A stretch of DNA of 64,000 nt from Oculina patagonica (GCF_052425735.1 NC_135764.1:25420001-25484000); one strand, 5' to 3'. Positions 15,501 to 30,500 are shown, numbered from the stretch's first letter. A program made the numbers and translations. The notes: generated by a model from the letters alone, not told the origin.

Positions 15501-18500
15501 GTCTTGAATTGAGTTTTCCAATCACGCCCACGGTGAAACGTTCAGACAAATAAAAAGTACATCAGATTAATAATTGTATAATAATGTTTACCTTCTGATG
15601 CATTGGTTAAACTGATGAACTGCTGTACCAAGCCCCGAAATGACGCTGTGTCCTTAATACTCCAGCCTCTTCTATCGTTTGACCCAATTGACAGCAGCCC
15701 AAGAGAATCCTGAGCACCACTCTTGGTCTGCTGTGGTTCAGATGGGCTTGTACATGTGAACTCTATATCTGTTAATGAAAGGAAAGGCATTAATTTTTAT
15801 CTATTCATTAAATGCCATTCAAACTCTTTTGTAGCTCAAACCTGTACCTGCCCTCGGAACTCACTGCTAATATGAGCAGCTATCATCTTGTTTGATGTTT
15901 CTTCTGGCTGGAGTCGCTGTGTTAAATCCTTAGGCAAAATACTTCACTCTTACAGTGCCTCTCCCTACTCAGGAGAGAGATACTATAGTGCTGGTAAACG
16001 GTAAACAGCTAGCATCCATAATTCAAGACACTTCATGCTACAGGCCTACAGGAACCAAAGTTTAAAGCCATGAAATTGTGAACCATTAGGCACACTGTCA
16101 ATTAAATGACTAGGTCACGGATTTTAACAGATTTTGACAGTGTCGTAGGCAACTTAAAAAATGGTCCATTTTTATTAACAACTGCTTTTTTAAAGCACCA
16201 AACCTGTTTAAAAGCGCATTTGGCCGCAGATGGCTCGGATGGAAATGGATTGCAATTTTAAAAAAATTTTTTCAAAAAAATTGATATTTATAGCCGAAGT
16301 TTGGTTTCTTTCCCCAAATAAAAGTTATATCTTCAGTTAAATGTTCAAAGATAATGTTTTTCAAGGGTAAAGTTGCCTGCCACTTATTTCAGAACAGTTC
16401 AGACCAAAAATCTGCGAAATCCCCATGACAGTCCCTTTAAATTTAGCATAATTTGGACAGCCAAGTAACATACCACTTGCACTCTCATCACAGGTGTCCA
16501 TTGGTTCTTGCACAGCCCGTATCACATGGCTGATGTTTGTCACCATGCTGGAAGAACAGAATCCCAAGTCACTGATAGTCCTTGGCCAACCAGCAGGAAC
16601 TTGGTGAGTCTATAACACAAAGACATAAAACTCGTATCAATACAGTCGCCACTGAGATAGACTTCAAGCAGTCCCTAAACCTGATTTAAACGAGTCATCT
16701 TTGAACGGAAATTTCTTAAAATTAAGGAAGCTGTCTGAAGTAAAAACATGTCAGACTATTTGAGAAGATGAAGAAACAGTAACAATAGTAACGGTTACTT
16801 GATGGTCTATGAGGAAAATCATGAACATTTTATAGACTACCAGTAGATATCGTAAATTAAAGCTACCATACATTTCTAGTATCTCTTGTGAGAAGAATTG
16901 TTATAATCCCAGTAAATGTTAATAGCAATTTTCCATGACGAGAAATACGAGAAAAATAGAAAAAAAATCTCATAGAAATAATTAAAACAATGAACAATAG
17001 AACAAATAGAAAAATATTTTTTTCTTTCACTCCCTTTGCATGCCCCCACCCCTATCCCTCATGCTTCGCGCTCACGCTTTCTTCACTCGCTGTTTCTTTT
17101 GCGTTCTTTTGAGATGACAAACAGGGTCCATGAACCATAGTTATGATCCCGTAGCTCGTTTTACTTACCCTAAAGAGCCATTCATGATACTTGTTAAGAT
17201 ACATCAGCAACATGGAAAGTTCCAGTGGCTGCAAGTATAAATTTCATGAAGGTTAGAAAAGCAGCTAATTTAATTAACTCCTACATTAGAGATCGACATT
17301 AACTCTTATATAAGAAAACTAATATAAACTATGCAACTTTCTTTTTGCCACCTTGCCAAAGAGGAAGACGGACAGTGGCCATGAAACAATAAAACACCAA
17401 AAAGACTAAATTGTTTAGTTTAGTCAAGATGTCATTTCTTATGAAAAGCCATGTAAGCTCACCGAGGCTTGGATTTTGATCCCGTTTCTCCAACATGATA
17501 CAAAAAGACCTACCTGGTTTTCATCACTAGCAAGAGCCAGGTTTTTGGATGGAATCTTGAGCCTCTCGGAGACACTACAATATGCAACAATGTCATAAAT
17601 TGTGAATTTTTGCTCTCAGTTAAAGTAAAAGACAAAATTTCAAAAGAACTGATAAAGACCAGAAACATTCAAGCATCTCTAACAGTTTTAATTAGAAAAC
17701 CTCACATATTTATAAACTTAACTCTGCTTTTTAAACAAGAATTGTCGCAGTTTTAGGCACCGTTTTGAGCAGTTCAAGTGCCCTCCTTCAGGCTATGAGC
17801 AAAACAATCCAACTCTCATGTCTAGATATTTATTCTGACTTTGACTTTAAATTCCAACATAAACACTACCTGACAAGATGTCTGGTGAGTTTCGTGATAA
17901 GATCTCGTCTGTGAGTTGGTTGTTGTTCTATCAAAAACTGAATGTGTTGTAGCTGGGCTATTTTCTCTTGGGTGCTGCTTTGGTTCTCTGAAATTTGAAT
18001 GACAACAAACTTAACAGTGCTTCGAGACTGTGTATAGCTATTGCCAAACGTCCAAATATAGATGCATAGTTGCCACAGACATCAGTTTTCAAAATTCCCT
18101 GACTTTTCCCAGATAAAAATAAAGTTTTGCTGACCAAATAAATCGCGGCCTGCAGCCTCCACTTCCAAAAGTAAAAACATGACTGAGGTCACATTGACCT
18201 GAAATGTTTCTTCCAACCTTCAATGGTGTGAAATCAGATTCGTCATATTTTCAGTTTCCCCCGACTTTTCTTTAAAATAAAATCCCTGTCTTTTCCGTGA
18301 CCTTCAAAAAAATTATTTTTTCCCTGACCATTACCTGACCTGTAGCAACCACGTACTACTAGTATACAAACCTATTTTTGCACTGATTTTTTGTTGTTTT
18401 TGTGGGTGATAAGACCTAACTCTCAGGCTAACTTGATTTTTTGCCACCAACAATACTCCGGTTATAACTTTACCAAGGACTGATCACAAGATTCAGCGAG

Positions 18501-21500
18501 TGTGTACTTACGGAGAGCACTATTGAGCACGCCATTCATAAATGGGAGGAAGGGCTCAAACAGAGGAGGCTTCATGAGATGTGGATTGTACAAAGCATCT
18601 GCCATAGCGGCACACACATGATGAGGGGAGTCTGTACTGGGGTGCAGAGGAGCATAGGGGTCTGTGAAAAGACAAACAGTAGATCAGCATTAAGTCATGC
18701 TAAGTTCTAAAGAACAGTTAGACCATTCGCTTTCGATTTCTCTGATTAGAAATGGTAGTCAAAGAAATTTCAAGCTCATAACCTAATCGCTAAATACATT
18801 GAATGGCCGCAGCATAAAAACTGTTTTAAACTGTGAGTAATCTGTGCACATTTGGCACATTTTGAAATCAATCAGACAATAAAGCAAACTATTGCCAAAT
18901 ACAAACACTTTAAACTGGTGTTTCTCTCCTCTTTAAGGGAAATACGCAGACCAAAGTGAGTACAGGCATTCTTCTTAACCTTTGCAAATAATAGATCTAT
19001 CCCCAGAAACCTTTTTGCAGAGGAAAGTGGGTCATGTTCTCCAAGGCACGACGAGAAGGGGCATTGATTCACTTCACGAACCTGCAAGTCCATGGCACTA
19101 ATGAAGGGTAAGTCTGAGCAAACAGCGATTTCCTAAAATAGACATGAGCACTTTTTGTAGTAGTCGGAATCTGAATCTGAGTTTGATTCTGATAAGGTGA
19201 AGTAAACTAGTTATTCTATGCTTAATACACCCTACCTTGTTGCAATCTGTACGTCAGCTCTCTATTCAAACAGTGATGGGTGTTGATCTGGTGGAGATCT
19301 TTAACATCCTTACCTGTTAACAAACAGTTTGCATTTTACGTGTGATTACCACTTAACTTTACTACATTTCCAAATTCTTATCTACTCAATAGAACTCAAA
19401 ATCGACGATGTACTTAAAAGGAACTAGACTGTGCTATTTTAATAATTTATTTTTCTTGCCAATATTTTTACACAAACCATAAAATTCTAATGGTTAATAA
19501 AAGATGTATTCACCAATAAGATCAATATTGCATTATAAAGTGACGGATTTAAAAGCATTAAAGATGAATTCCAGTCCGTACTGCGCAATCTCGGCTGCAA
19601 TGTTTATGCGAGCCCACACGAAGGAATGTTTACAAGCAAAACTGAAAATTCCGCGACAAACTTACCTTTTTCTTCATAATAAACGCCAGATATCCTTGCA
19701 GAACAAATAATAACGAGTAGAGGAACCTTGACGCTATTTCAAACCGACGTTTCAGCTCATCGGAAATTCTTGAACGAAACGAACTGTAATGGCGGACTAA
19801 AATACTTCATGTATGCTGTCACCGAAGTGTAACGTTTCAACGAATTCAAAACAAAAACGAAAACAAACCCCGAGTCTGCGCAGCACGGATTGGAATTCAT
19901 CTTTAAAGATTGAAGCGCAGCCAGGATTAGAAATAATAAAAACAAACGTTCACTGGCTAAAAATATTAAAAACAAAGCATTAAAAGCATTACTTTAAAAT
20001 CACTTAAACCAAAGTTACTTTAACGTTTTGTTCAATGTTTCTTTTGGGCAACAGATATCATGTTTTGAGTTTTGCAAACAATCAAGTCCAGTATTTTTTT
20101 CCATTTTCCACAGTTTTTATTTTAATTGAAGACCAATTGTTACTGTGCCTTTGATTAACATGCGAACTCTGCTCAATCAACCGCTAACGTTTTTTGGCTG
20201 CCCTTGATCATCTAAGCAGACCTCTCAAGAACAGAAGTTTATTTCAACTGGTTCAAAAGGTCATGTCTGTCAGTTGTGATCACTTTGTTTGTTTGTGTTT
20301 TTCAAGGTTCGTTGGCTGTCGCCATTATTTTAATGATTGAGGGCAGCAAAAAATGCAATCGTTGGTTGGATTTTGAACTTCAAAGTTCTCATGTTATTCA
20401 AAGGCACAGTAAGTGTCAGAATAGCCTGAAAAAGCATTTGAACAAAAAACACTGAAAATCAAAGCCTGTCAGACAGTGTAAAACAATGTGACTCCCATAA
20501 GAGCAAAAGCAAAACAAACAAACAAACCGTAAGCGTCAAGAAAGTCAATACAGCGGTCCACTATTAAGCAGCCAATATCCCTTGACTCATCACTTGTGTT
20601 TGCACAAGGCAAGGAACGCTGACAGAAAAAAAAAACACATTTCCCCATTAATGTACATAGATTTTGCCTAACAGCAAACACTACTCACTGATTTCAACTT
20701 GTAGCATTATAAAGGGGAACTATAATTTTATAATAAGTTATTTATGCAGAGGGTTAATTTTTGTTAATTGTCAAGGGCAAAATTACTCAAAGATTCCTAA
20801 GATTGCCAGTGGACACCTGAAGATTCAAAAGTTAACGATCCTAAAAATTTAAAGTTTGTTGAAAGGTGCCAACATTACAATCTACCAGGTTGAGTTTTTT
20901 TAATGACAACAATGAATTATAGGATAGAAAGATTTGCTAGTTAGAGTATATACCAAAATACAAAATTTATACTTTGCAACACAAGTACAAGGCAACACTT
21001 ACAATATCTGGTGTTTTAGGATTTGCCATTACTGCCACCTTTGTAAGATAAACAGCAAGATGCACTACATCTGCTAAGGAGTTAATGTCCTCTATAGCCT
21101 GAAATTAAATTAAGAACATTCTTGTTAACAAGAAGAAGTTTCCAGACTTCATCCACAGAACAAATTAAAGGGCATACGAAAGGCATAAAGAGTTCTGTTG
21201 TTATGTTAAGTTAGGAAAGAAATGATCAGAAACCATGATGTGTTATCAAGGCTGCTGCCTAAGGAAATTTTTAAGGAGCCCTTTTGGCTCCTTACATCAA
21301 AATTTAGGAGCCCAAGCCATTATGTTAGGAGCCCGGCTTAAGTTGCCAAAAACAAATCGATGGGGGGGGGGGGGGGGGTTACTTAGGCAAATATGTGGTC
21401 AACTATGTGGCCTAGAGGAGGGGCCCAGGGATTGAACCTTCCCCCAACATTATTGCTATAATATACTTGAAGGTCCCCTAGGGGGTACTCCCTATAGTGG

Positions 21501-24500
21501 ACTATACGGGGAGGCTCCGCCCAACAGGAACTAACAGGGATACCTTTTTCAGGCTCCAGGTATATAAAAGGGTAGGGATTTCACGAGTTGGAGTATACAA
21601 AAGGGGAGGGAAAACTGGTTTTTAGGTCTTAAAAGAACCCTTAATAATGCTTGAACAGACCCACCAAATGATCAAGTCATTTAAGTATTTTAAGGTGTTA
21701 TTATTCAAGTGAAAAATAAGAAAAATGTAGTATTCCTTCTGTTGGTATGTGAAAGGGGTGTCATCTTCATGAGGGGGGTATATGGTTTCTAAAAGAGTAA
21801 GGGTCGCTTTCACATACCAAAAATGGTAACCTCGTTCATAAGATCCTCGGAATGAGGTTGCAGAAAGAGTAGATGAAAGGGTAAGGGAACCCTGCCAGAG
21901 CCTCCCCATAAAACTGTTTTTTACTCTGCAGCAACCTCAGAGACCCAGAGAAAAAAAGTTGAATGAGTCATCAATATCGGCTATATCTCTCCCCTATGTG
22001 GGTTAAATCACTAGCTGGGCTGGGAGAAATAAACCAACAATGAAAACTGACATGCATTTAGTTGAGAGCATCAAGGGTTAATTCATTTGTTAAGCCAGTG
22101 CCAGTCTGAGTGCATTTCATGTACTTTCATTAGTTTTTTCATGTAGAAAATCAATGAACATGAAGCAGGAAAATCCAGTTCAATTAATATTTTAGTAATC
22201 AAGGTTAAAAAAGAAGCAATATTTAAGCAGGTCAATTTTTCCTAGGTTTAGAAAAAGGTAATAAGAAGTCAAAAACACCTGTGTAAACACTTTAATTAAG
22301 TTATGATCTTATCTTTGTTACATGATAACCAGTTGACAAAAATAGAACAGAAAAATTAAGTTGTGAAAACACTTCAAATTACTTAACTCATCAAATATGT
22401 TGTTTATAAAATTAATGTAGTAACAAAAGCAATCCATTTTATTTAAACTGAACATCTGAGCAAGCAAAAGCACTGAGGTTTCCAGCACAAAAATTTGCTA
22501 GTCACGGATCAATGCTCGAGAATGCTCCTCATTACAAACGCGAAAACATGAAACAGCTCGTTGAAAATAACAACCTTAGTCCACAAAAAGCGGCAGCAGA
22601 TATGAAATTTCCCATGAAAAGAAAGAGGCATACATTTTATGTTCCTACTAGAGTTAAGCGTTCAATGCTTCATAGATTAAGCTAAAATTACATGTAAAAC
22701 ACGCCACGTAAGTTTGTACACATCACGATATTTGGCACGCTGTTTTACGTAAGTTTAAGCCTGTCGGAAAGGTTTTTATATCAAGCTTTTGCAGATTAAA
22801 ATTATTTCAGACCTGATTCATGACTGCAGTAGCAAACAGATTGATTTCACTTTCGTATCCGTAAATATTTCTTCAGATTCACTTTGATTCACTTCGAAAC
22901 TGCTCCGAAAGGTCAACGAAAACCAGAACATAATACCATTATTCCATATTTGGAAGTTAGGCCCAGTCCTAAACACTTGTAAACGAATGGTTTTCGAAGT
23001 TGCTGAATTTGGGAAAGACATGTTACGTACTTGATACGCTAAATGCGAACAATTTTAGCGTTTCCGTTTTAAAAAAAAGAAGTTTTTGTTTTAAATGGGA
23101 TTTTCTATGCCAATGAAACAAGGTTACAAGGAAATTGAAGTCAAAGGATGGGAGTGGAAGATCAATGTTTAGGCGCCCATGCGGGCTCCTTGAACAAAAA
23201 TTTAGTCGCCCGCGCTCGTAACTTGGGCGCCTCTGGCGACCGGGCGCCCGTTAGGCAGCAGCCTTGGTTATATGATGCAATGAAAACGTTGCATTATGTA
23301 AAGACATTTGCCAAGGTTTCTTATGTTACAGTTGCTGATAGCGACAGCTCGTAAGAGCCTATGAGTTCTGTCATCAGTATTTTCAACCCCCATGTCCAAA
23401 TTTTTACCACCCAAGTCATAACAATTTCTCAATTTTTGAGTTATTTTTTCAAAAATAGCTCTTTAGTCGTCGTGTCCTTGTGATCAGTCGGTGGGTCAGT
23501 GAAGTATGTGTGTTTGTCACACCAATCAGATTTCAGGTACTATCAGAACCAATAAAATTGTAGTTTATAAAGGGGAAGCAATCTGACGTAGTAAGCAATT
23601 TCGTTCTAAGTTTTTAGATTAGAAGGAGGCGGAATCGGTGAGTTGTGATTTAACCCTGGATTAAAAACGTTTTTCGTAACGCCCGCCTGCTTACAACGCA
23701 CACGCCGTGAGCAAAAGGCCCAACACTAACTTGTTATTCGTCTTATTCGAGCGTACGTTTGGAGAGGCTAGCTTTCCATTTGCACAAAGCAGATTTGAAG
23801 AATAATGTGGTCATTACTTTTGCCGTCCGCTTTGTGAAGTTCGTTGGGAAATTGGAAAGTTTGTTATGAAGTTGCCAAATAGGTTGCGAGTTTTTGAATC
23901 AAATTGTGAGCTTCGATACAAAGTTCCCAACTTCGGCCCGAAATTAATAAAACCTTCTATAATTATGTTATCAAAAAGGGCTTTCCACGCAAAACTGTTG
24001 GAAACAAATGTCATAAAAATAAAAAACTTTTATGTTCAGCGAGCCGTAAACACGTTGTCTCGAACAAATTAGTCTGTCGCGTCGCGTCGGCTTCGATTAA
24101 AATCAATAAATCATCCAGTTTCATCCGGTTTACAAACGCAGAAGACTTGAAATTGAAGACAGTGAAGATTATGCCTCACAGAAATCGTTAAATATGTGTT
24201 TTCATACAAAAAAGTTAAAATTTGACCAAATTTCTACCTGCATAAGATTTATTTATCACCAAATCACTTGCGTGATCGCTGATGCGAAACGTTGTCTTGC
24301 ACTTCAAGCTACTTCAACTTTCCTTGACAAGCTCTAAAATCTTCGAGTTCAGAAATCGCCATGACTTTCGAGCAACATGTCTTGTTTCTCCTCAACAACC
24401 AAAACTTCGAAAGTTCAGTCGGGCCGAAGTTGGGAACTTATCGAAGTTCGCAATTTGATTCGCAAACTCGCAACGTAATTGGCAACTTCATAACAAAGTT

Positions 24501-27500
24501 TCCAATTTCCCAACAAACTTCGCAAAGCGGGCGGCCAAAGTAAACTGAAATCAACTGTAAAACATCTCGTTCAAACATTTAATGAACCGGTACAAGTATT
24601 AACTTTGCTGTTAAAAGCAACTACGATCGAGAGTAAAAACAGAATAAGAGCGTGCCATTCCGTGACAATTCGATAACTCAATTAGTTCTTGTTTGTTGAA
24701 TAGAATTTAGGTTGTGAATGAACGAAAATCTTTGTCGAACAGTTCTGACAGAAAACAAATACTCCAGGTGTACTGCGCTTTAAAGAACTTTCCCGAAGAA
24801 AGTGGTTTTTGATTTGATGCGTTTATTACTTCGTTTATTATAGTACCTTTCGTTCAATGTCTATATGGAATCGTGGCTTTTTCGAGAAAAACAAGCGTAT
24901 CGTGTTACGTTCGTTTTTAAAGAACAGAGGTCTCATGTTACAAAAGTGAGAAAAACAACAATATCATGTTTCAGTGTTTGGCAAAAAGCCAAAAGTATTC
25001 CGTAACAAACAAAAGTAACACGTAACGGTTGCAACAAAGCTAGCAACAAAATAACCGCTTAAACAGAATAAGAACGTGCCATTTTGTGACATTTTGATAA
25101 TTGAATTAGTTTTTGTTTTTCAATTAAATGATGAAAATTTACATATTGATTAAAACAGTTCTGATGTATCAAAATGCACGTAAAAGTTATTTTGTTTGCA
25201 AGCAAATTTTGTGCAAAAAGTGACTTCGTGGGCCGCCATACACAAATAGCTCAACCCATGGCATAAACCATCCCAACAGGACAATCACCCAGTTTCACCC
25301 CAAGCCACCCCATAAATTGAAAAAATAACTCCTGCACGCTTAGCGTGCCTATGTTTCTGAAAGTTGCATTGCACTGAGTGACAGGTTACATCATTTTTAT
25401 GGTCTATACTCTCATCAACCAAAGCTCTCAACCAATGAATGTGCGAGAATTCTCAATGTTATTGCAAAAATATCTTATTACTCATTTTTTATAACACATT
25501 AGAGCTTCTTACTTAACTCAGCTACTTATAGTAGATGTTAAGAGACCTGTGGATTCATTATTTCAATGATTTACCTTATGAAATATGAAGAAGAAGATTC
25601 CATGTAGTGTCTTGGATTGGAGAATCTTTGTCAATCCACCAAACTTCTCAGGCAGTGGTTTAAGAGGTAGAAATGGCGGCCACACTTGTCCTTTCTGAGA
25701 ATGGCCATTCTTGCAAGCACTGGAAGTACAGGAAGTGATGGGAAAAAAATAAAATTTACCAATCTTACCAGTTACAGCTTATGGTGCCTAAATATAATTT
25801 GCATTTGATGCTTCTAGTTTTTTAGGAAATGGTGATGTTACATTTACTGAGTTAGCCATGCAGAAAACAAAGAATGTGCTGTTGGGTATACTTGAGCACT
25901 TTGCATAACAGGGTGCTCAAGTTGTTTAGGGGGACAGCTAGGAGGGGATCTAAGTACAGTAAAACACAGGAAGACAAAGACAACCAAACTAGATTCATGT
26001 AAATCAAACGCACAATTTGCTGTGAACGTTGTGATGACATGAGAAAAGGTTGTATTCTTTTAACCCCACATCAAGGGTCGTTTCTTTTTTACTGAGTGTC
26101 AAACGTAATCCAGAGTTGCTTTAGTTTTGCTTCATTACCCTCTGAAATTGGTTCAAAAATCTCACGCCACTTACTTGACCAATCAGAAGTAAACCAAAAC
26201 CAATTCTAACTTGCTAACACACTTTTTCCCGTGCTTCTGGCTGTTACATGTATCGCTTCAAGTTTTGATTGGTTCACTAGATTGTCTTTGCAATTTGTCA
26301 TTGCCAGTGTGATTACTTGGTTTTGGTTTTACGACCCTCAAACAAAAATCGTTTTTAATGATGAACTCAAACTTGTGTGCAATTTTTGGATATTATTAAT
26401 ATGAGCAGTGCATGCTACAGAAGTCAAATTTGAAATAAAATTGAACTACAATCAGCCATTAGCCACTTTAGCTCCCACAGTCTTAGCGTAAAGATGAAAT
26501 ATACTTACTAGTCTTTGTAGCGCTTCATAGCTGACTGCACATCTTGACGATGGAAAGCTCGTAACAACACAAGAACAAAATCAAAGTCATTCTTCCAGAC
26601 AACATCTGAGGATGAAAGAACATTGTAAACTTATAAAGGAGCACACTTTATAATAAATGCATGCCTTGAATCATTAAGCCTACATGTTCTAATATCAGTT
26701 ATAGCTCCATCTCAATCTTTCTCAATCTTAACTAACTGTGTTGAGCTCTTCCACACAAAAATACCTTTTGGAACATAGATGCCCTGTTGCATCGATCCAC
26801 TCTCAAAGCTTGGGGCTCTGTAATCTGCCAACTTTGATAGAGAAAGAAAAAGAAAACAAGTCTATGAGACGACAGTCAGTGATATTTGAAGGTCCAGAGT
26901 TGTACAAGAGTTATCTTAAATTCTAAGCATGCATAGGCCAAGTAAAAAGAATCTAAAGAAAAATTTAAGGGCGCAAGAGCACATTGAGAGCCCTATTCAG
27001 CCAGCCAAAATAATGCAAGTTTAAACTATCAACTCCTGTTCTTACTCCAACCAGCTTTAGGACTGATTTTCATGGGCTGGGGGCTAAAAACAATCTTTCC
27101 TTCCTTTACATTAACTAGTTTTAATGCCTGACCCCACAGGCTCTGCTGATTAATAAATTTATTATGCTAAAATAAAGCTATTCACTCATTCATTGCTTTG
27201 CTATATTGATTGCAACTGTTTTTTTGAAATCTAACTAATTTTACAATTAGAATGTTTTGAGACAGAACATTTTGAGATGGTATAGAAAGGATATGCTAAA
27301 AAGAGAAATTAATGGCTAAAACTTCATCACCTCATTGAGTGTTCTTTCAAAGTCCTGTGCATTGTGAGATTGTCCTGGTTTATCTGGGATGTGGACAACG
27401 TTAAGGCAACTAATTTTCAACTTAGATCCATGTGGTGGGAAGGTCCTAGGAGTATACGAACTGTGGCAAAATTTACAGAGGATCAGAGCTTTGATTTGTC

Positions 27501-30500
27501 AGAATAGTAAGCATAGCTATGAAGGAAACAGTTGAAAGTAAAGGTCTGCACACTCAGGTCAAAGTGCCTCAAACAACAAGCCTCCCCCCCCCCCCCCCCC
27601 TGGATGGGATGCTAGTCCATAGCCCTGTAGGGGAAGGGAAACTCTGACATGAAAGTGATGGGGATGCTCATCATCTCGTTTAGGGGTGTAAATTTCAGAT
27701 TTTGGATACACTTGAAGGGTGTTCCAGGCAAAGCAAATTATTTAAGGTTGCACACGAAAAAATAATAAAAATACAAATTAAATCTATTTTTTTTAATTTG
27801 GTATCTTTTAGGGGTTCAAAAAAGCTTGGCCAACACCCAGATTGGTCTCCTTTAGGAGTTTAATTCAAAATTTCAGATGAGCATCCCATCTGTTTCCAGT
27901 GCAAGCCCCCCCCTGCCCCCCCCCCCCAGAATCAGGTTGGATGGATGGATGGATGGATGGATGGATAATCTTTATTTACTGTAAACACGGTCAAATTCAT
28001 CAGCTTACAACAATCTAATTATAATATATATACAAGAAAGAGGGGAAATATAAAAATATATGTACAAATATAAAAAGCTGCTTTCCACGAATGCCGTGCC
28101 CTAGAGTATTTGTTCAATTAGTTTTTTAAATTGCCCAAGGGACTCTGCTTGTCTTACGTTAATAGGAAGACTGTTCCACAAGATGGCGCCACTGTACGTA
28201 AAGCTGTTTTTGTAATAGTTAGTGCGCGGTAATGGAACATTGAGTTTGTTTTCAGAGTCCCTTAGGTTGTACGCGGTTTCACGTTTTTCAAATTTAGACG
28301 ATATATAGGTAATCTGGAGCCAACCCGTGCAGAGACCTGTAAACCATCGTGGCTCTTTGAATTTGCTGCTGGCGAGCTAGATTTTTCCATCCTAGAATTT
28401 CAAATAAATCACCAGCGTGCGCGTCATAGTTTGAGAAGGTCAAAACACGGGCTGCTCTATTCTGTAGGTTCAGCTTTAACAGTTCAAAGCTACCCATTTA
28501 TCCTTCTGAGCAAAATGAGGCAGTTCAGTAAAGTTCTGTATGCACTTAACCCAAGAACACAACACAATATGCAAGTGAACAGAGATGTTTGTTTCTCAGA
28601 CTATGGAGAAACAGAAATACCGATATATTGAAGTTCATTCTGTAAAATCTATATTCCTCAGTCAAAAAGGATATGAGATCAACCAACTGGCTATGAGTCT
28701 TGTCACCCATGCAGAGCTGAGCAATCATCTCCTGCCGTAAGATTTCTTGATCGCTTAGCCCTGTAAGAAAGCAGAAAAATCATGTGTGTACCAGGGCTGT
28801 ATTAAGGAGGTCGGGGGGGTCATTAAGGGCCATAATCTGTAACACTTGTCACAGCTGAGTTCACTCCATTTTATGGGGTGAAGATGTTGATTGGTGTTAT
28901 GTTACACTTGCGTACAGAGCAGAATGCTATGGGTGATTAATTAATTATCAAAAAGGGAGAATATCATTATGTATATGACACCATAAATTACCCAAATGTA
29001 GTCGAGTACTAAGGAGTGTGATGAGCAGCGTCAGCATTCCTTCCACCATGGACACTTCTGTACTACTGTCAAAACTAGGAGGGCTGGACACAACAGGCAC
29101 ACCAAACTTAAACCAGTGTCGAAGGCCAAAACTGAAAAACAAATAAAGACAACTCATAAACCAAGAGTGAAGACTTGTATTTAAACACAATTTTTTTAGT
29201 ATTTGATTGAGAAAGAACAAATACAGGATATGATGGAAATCACCCAGTCATGATTTTCCATTTGTCTCTTCTTACCAGTATTTTACAACGTTCGTCCAAT
29301 ATCTTCTTGTTATAAGTTAGCTTCATCCACGGCCCTCCCCCCTTCAAACTTCTAACGTATACTTTTATTATCCATTGTTAGTAGTTTATTCAAAAACCTT
29401 GATACACCTGCAGGCTTGGTAGGCTGTTCAGCAACTGCTATGTGTAAGTAGGCTCTTTATCAATGTACAACAAAAAAAATTAGCAACAAATAATTAATAT
29501 TTAGTGTTTGGTGAATTTTAGAGCCCTTTCATGTGTTTCTGTTGGCAGATAATATATTTGTGGCACACTTACAGTAACTTAAGAGATGTTGATATCACAA
29601 TGAACAAACCTCTCAATCATTGTGGAGATGAAGACTTCAGGATCCAGAAACATGGCACACACCTATATGTACACAATTATTAAATAGTTTATCCATGTTT
29701 GTTAAAGATGACATGATAATGCACTTAACTCTTGTGTTTAATTGTAGCATTATTTGTTATGCATGTATCTCTCTGAATGGGATAGCAGTTCATTCCTGTT
29801 TAATAGGTACTGCAAACATACTGCCAGGATGTCATTGTACAGCTAGGTGGGAGAAGTTTGATCTCAATAAAGACTACTGAAAGACTATAGGCAATGTCAG
29901 GACATCTAGACTACCCAGATCGAAACTTGCAATCTCCAGAGTCAAGTCAAAACTTGATAGTGAGCCTGGGCTTATAGAGCTCTGGCATTGCAAGCGTGTA
30001 GTGACATGCCCAAGAAAACAACCCGAGAATTATGGTCACACCTACATGTATGTGTAAACTCTTTTTCTCTAGAACATCAAGTCTGGTGCACTAGCCATTA
30101 CATGTTAGTATAAAAAAAGTGTCAGCTTCGAGCCAAAAGTGGCGCATACTGCCGGAGCTTATCCCGGTTTCCTTAGCATTAAGCAGCTAGGAGTATTTCT
30201 ACTCCCCCCTGGATGGGATGCTAGTCCATCGCAGGGAACCCCCCAGCATTATTTCGCCGGTACCCATTTATACACCTGGGTGGAGAGAGGCACTATGAGA
30301 GTAAAGTGTCTTGCCCAAGAACGCAACACAGTGACCCCGGCCAGGGCTCGAACCCAGAACACTCGCTCCGGAGTCCGGCGCGCTAACCATTAGACCACCG
30401 CGCCTCCCAAATGTCAACTACATCTTAATTATGACAATATTTTAAAAATAATTTAAGAGACTGAAGCAAAAACACTAACCTGTAACAGGAAAATATCCAA

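Noticed and set aside
23438-25331. 15-bp inverted repeat GAGTTATTTTTTCAA as the termini of a larger element
   Set aside because: No matching TSD found; not enough support to call.
30330-30408. tRNA gene-like A/B boxes (also near 46474)
   Set aside because: They are SINE heads followed by a shared SINE body, with no complete cloverleaf.
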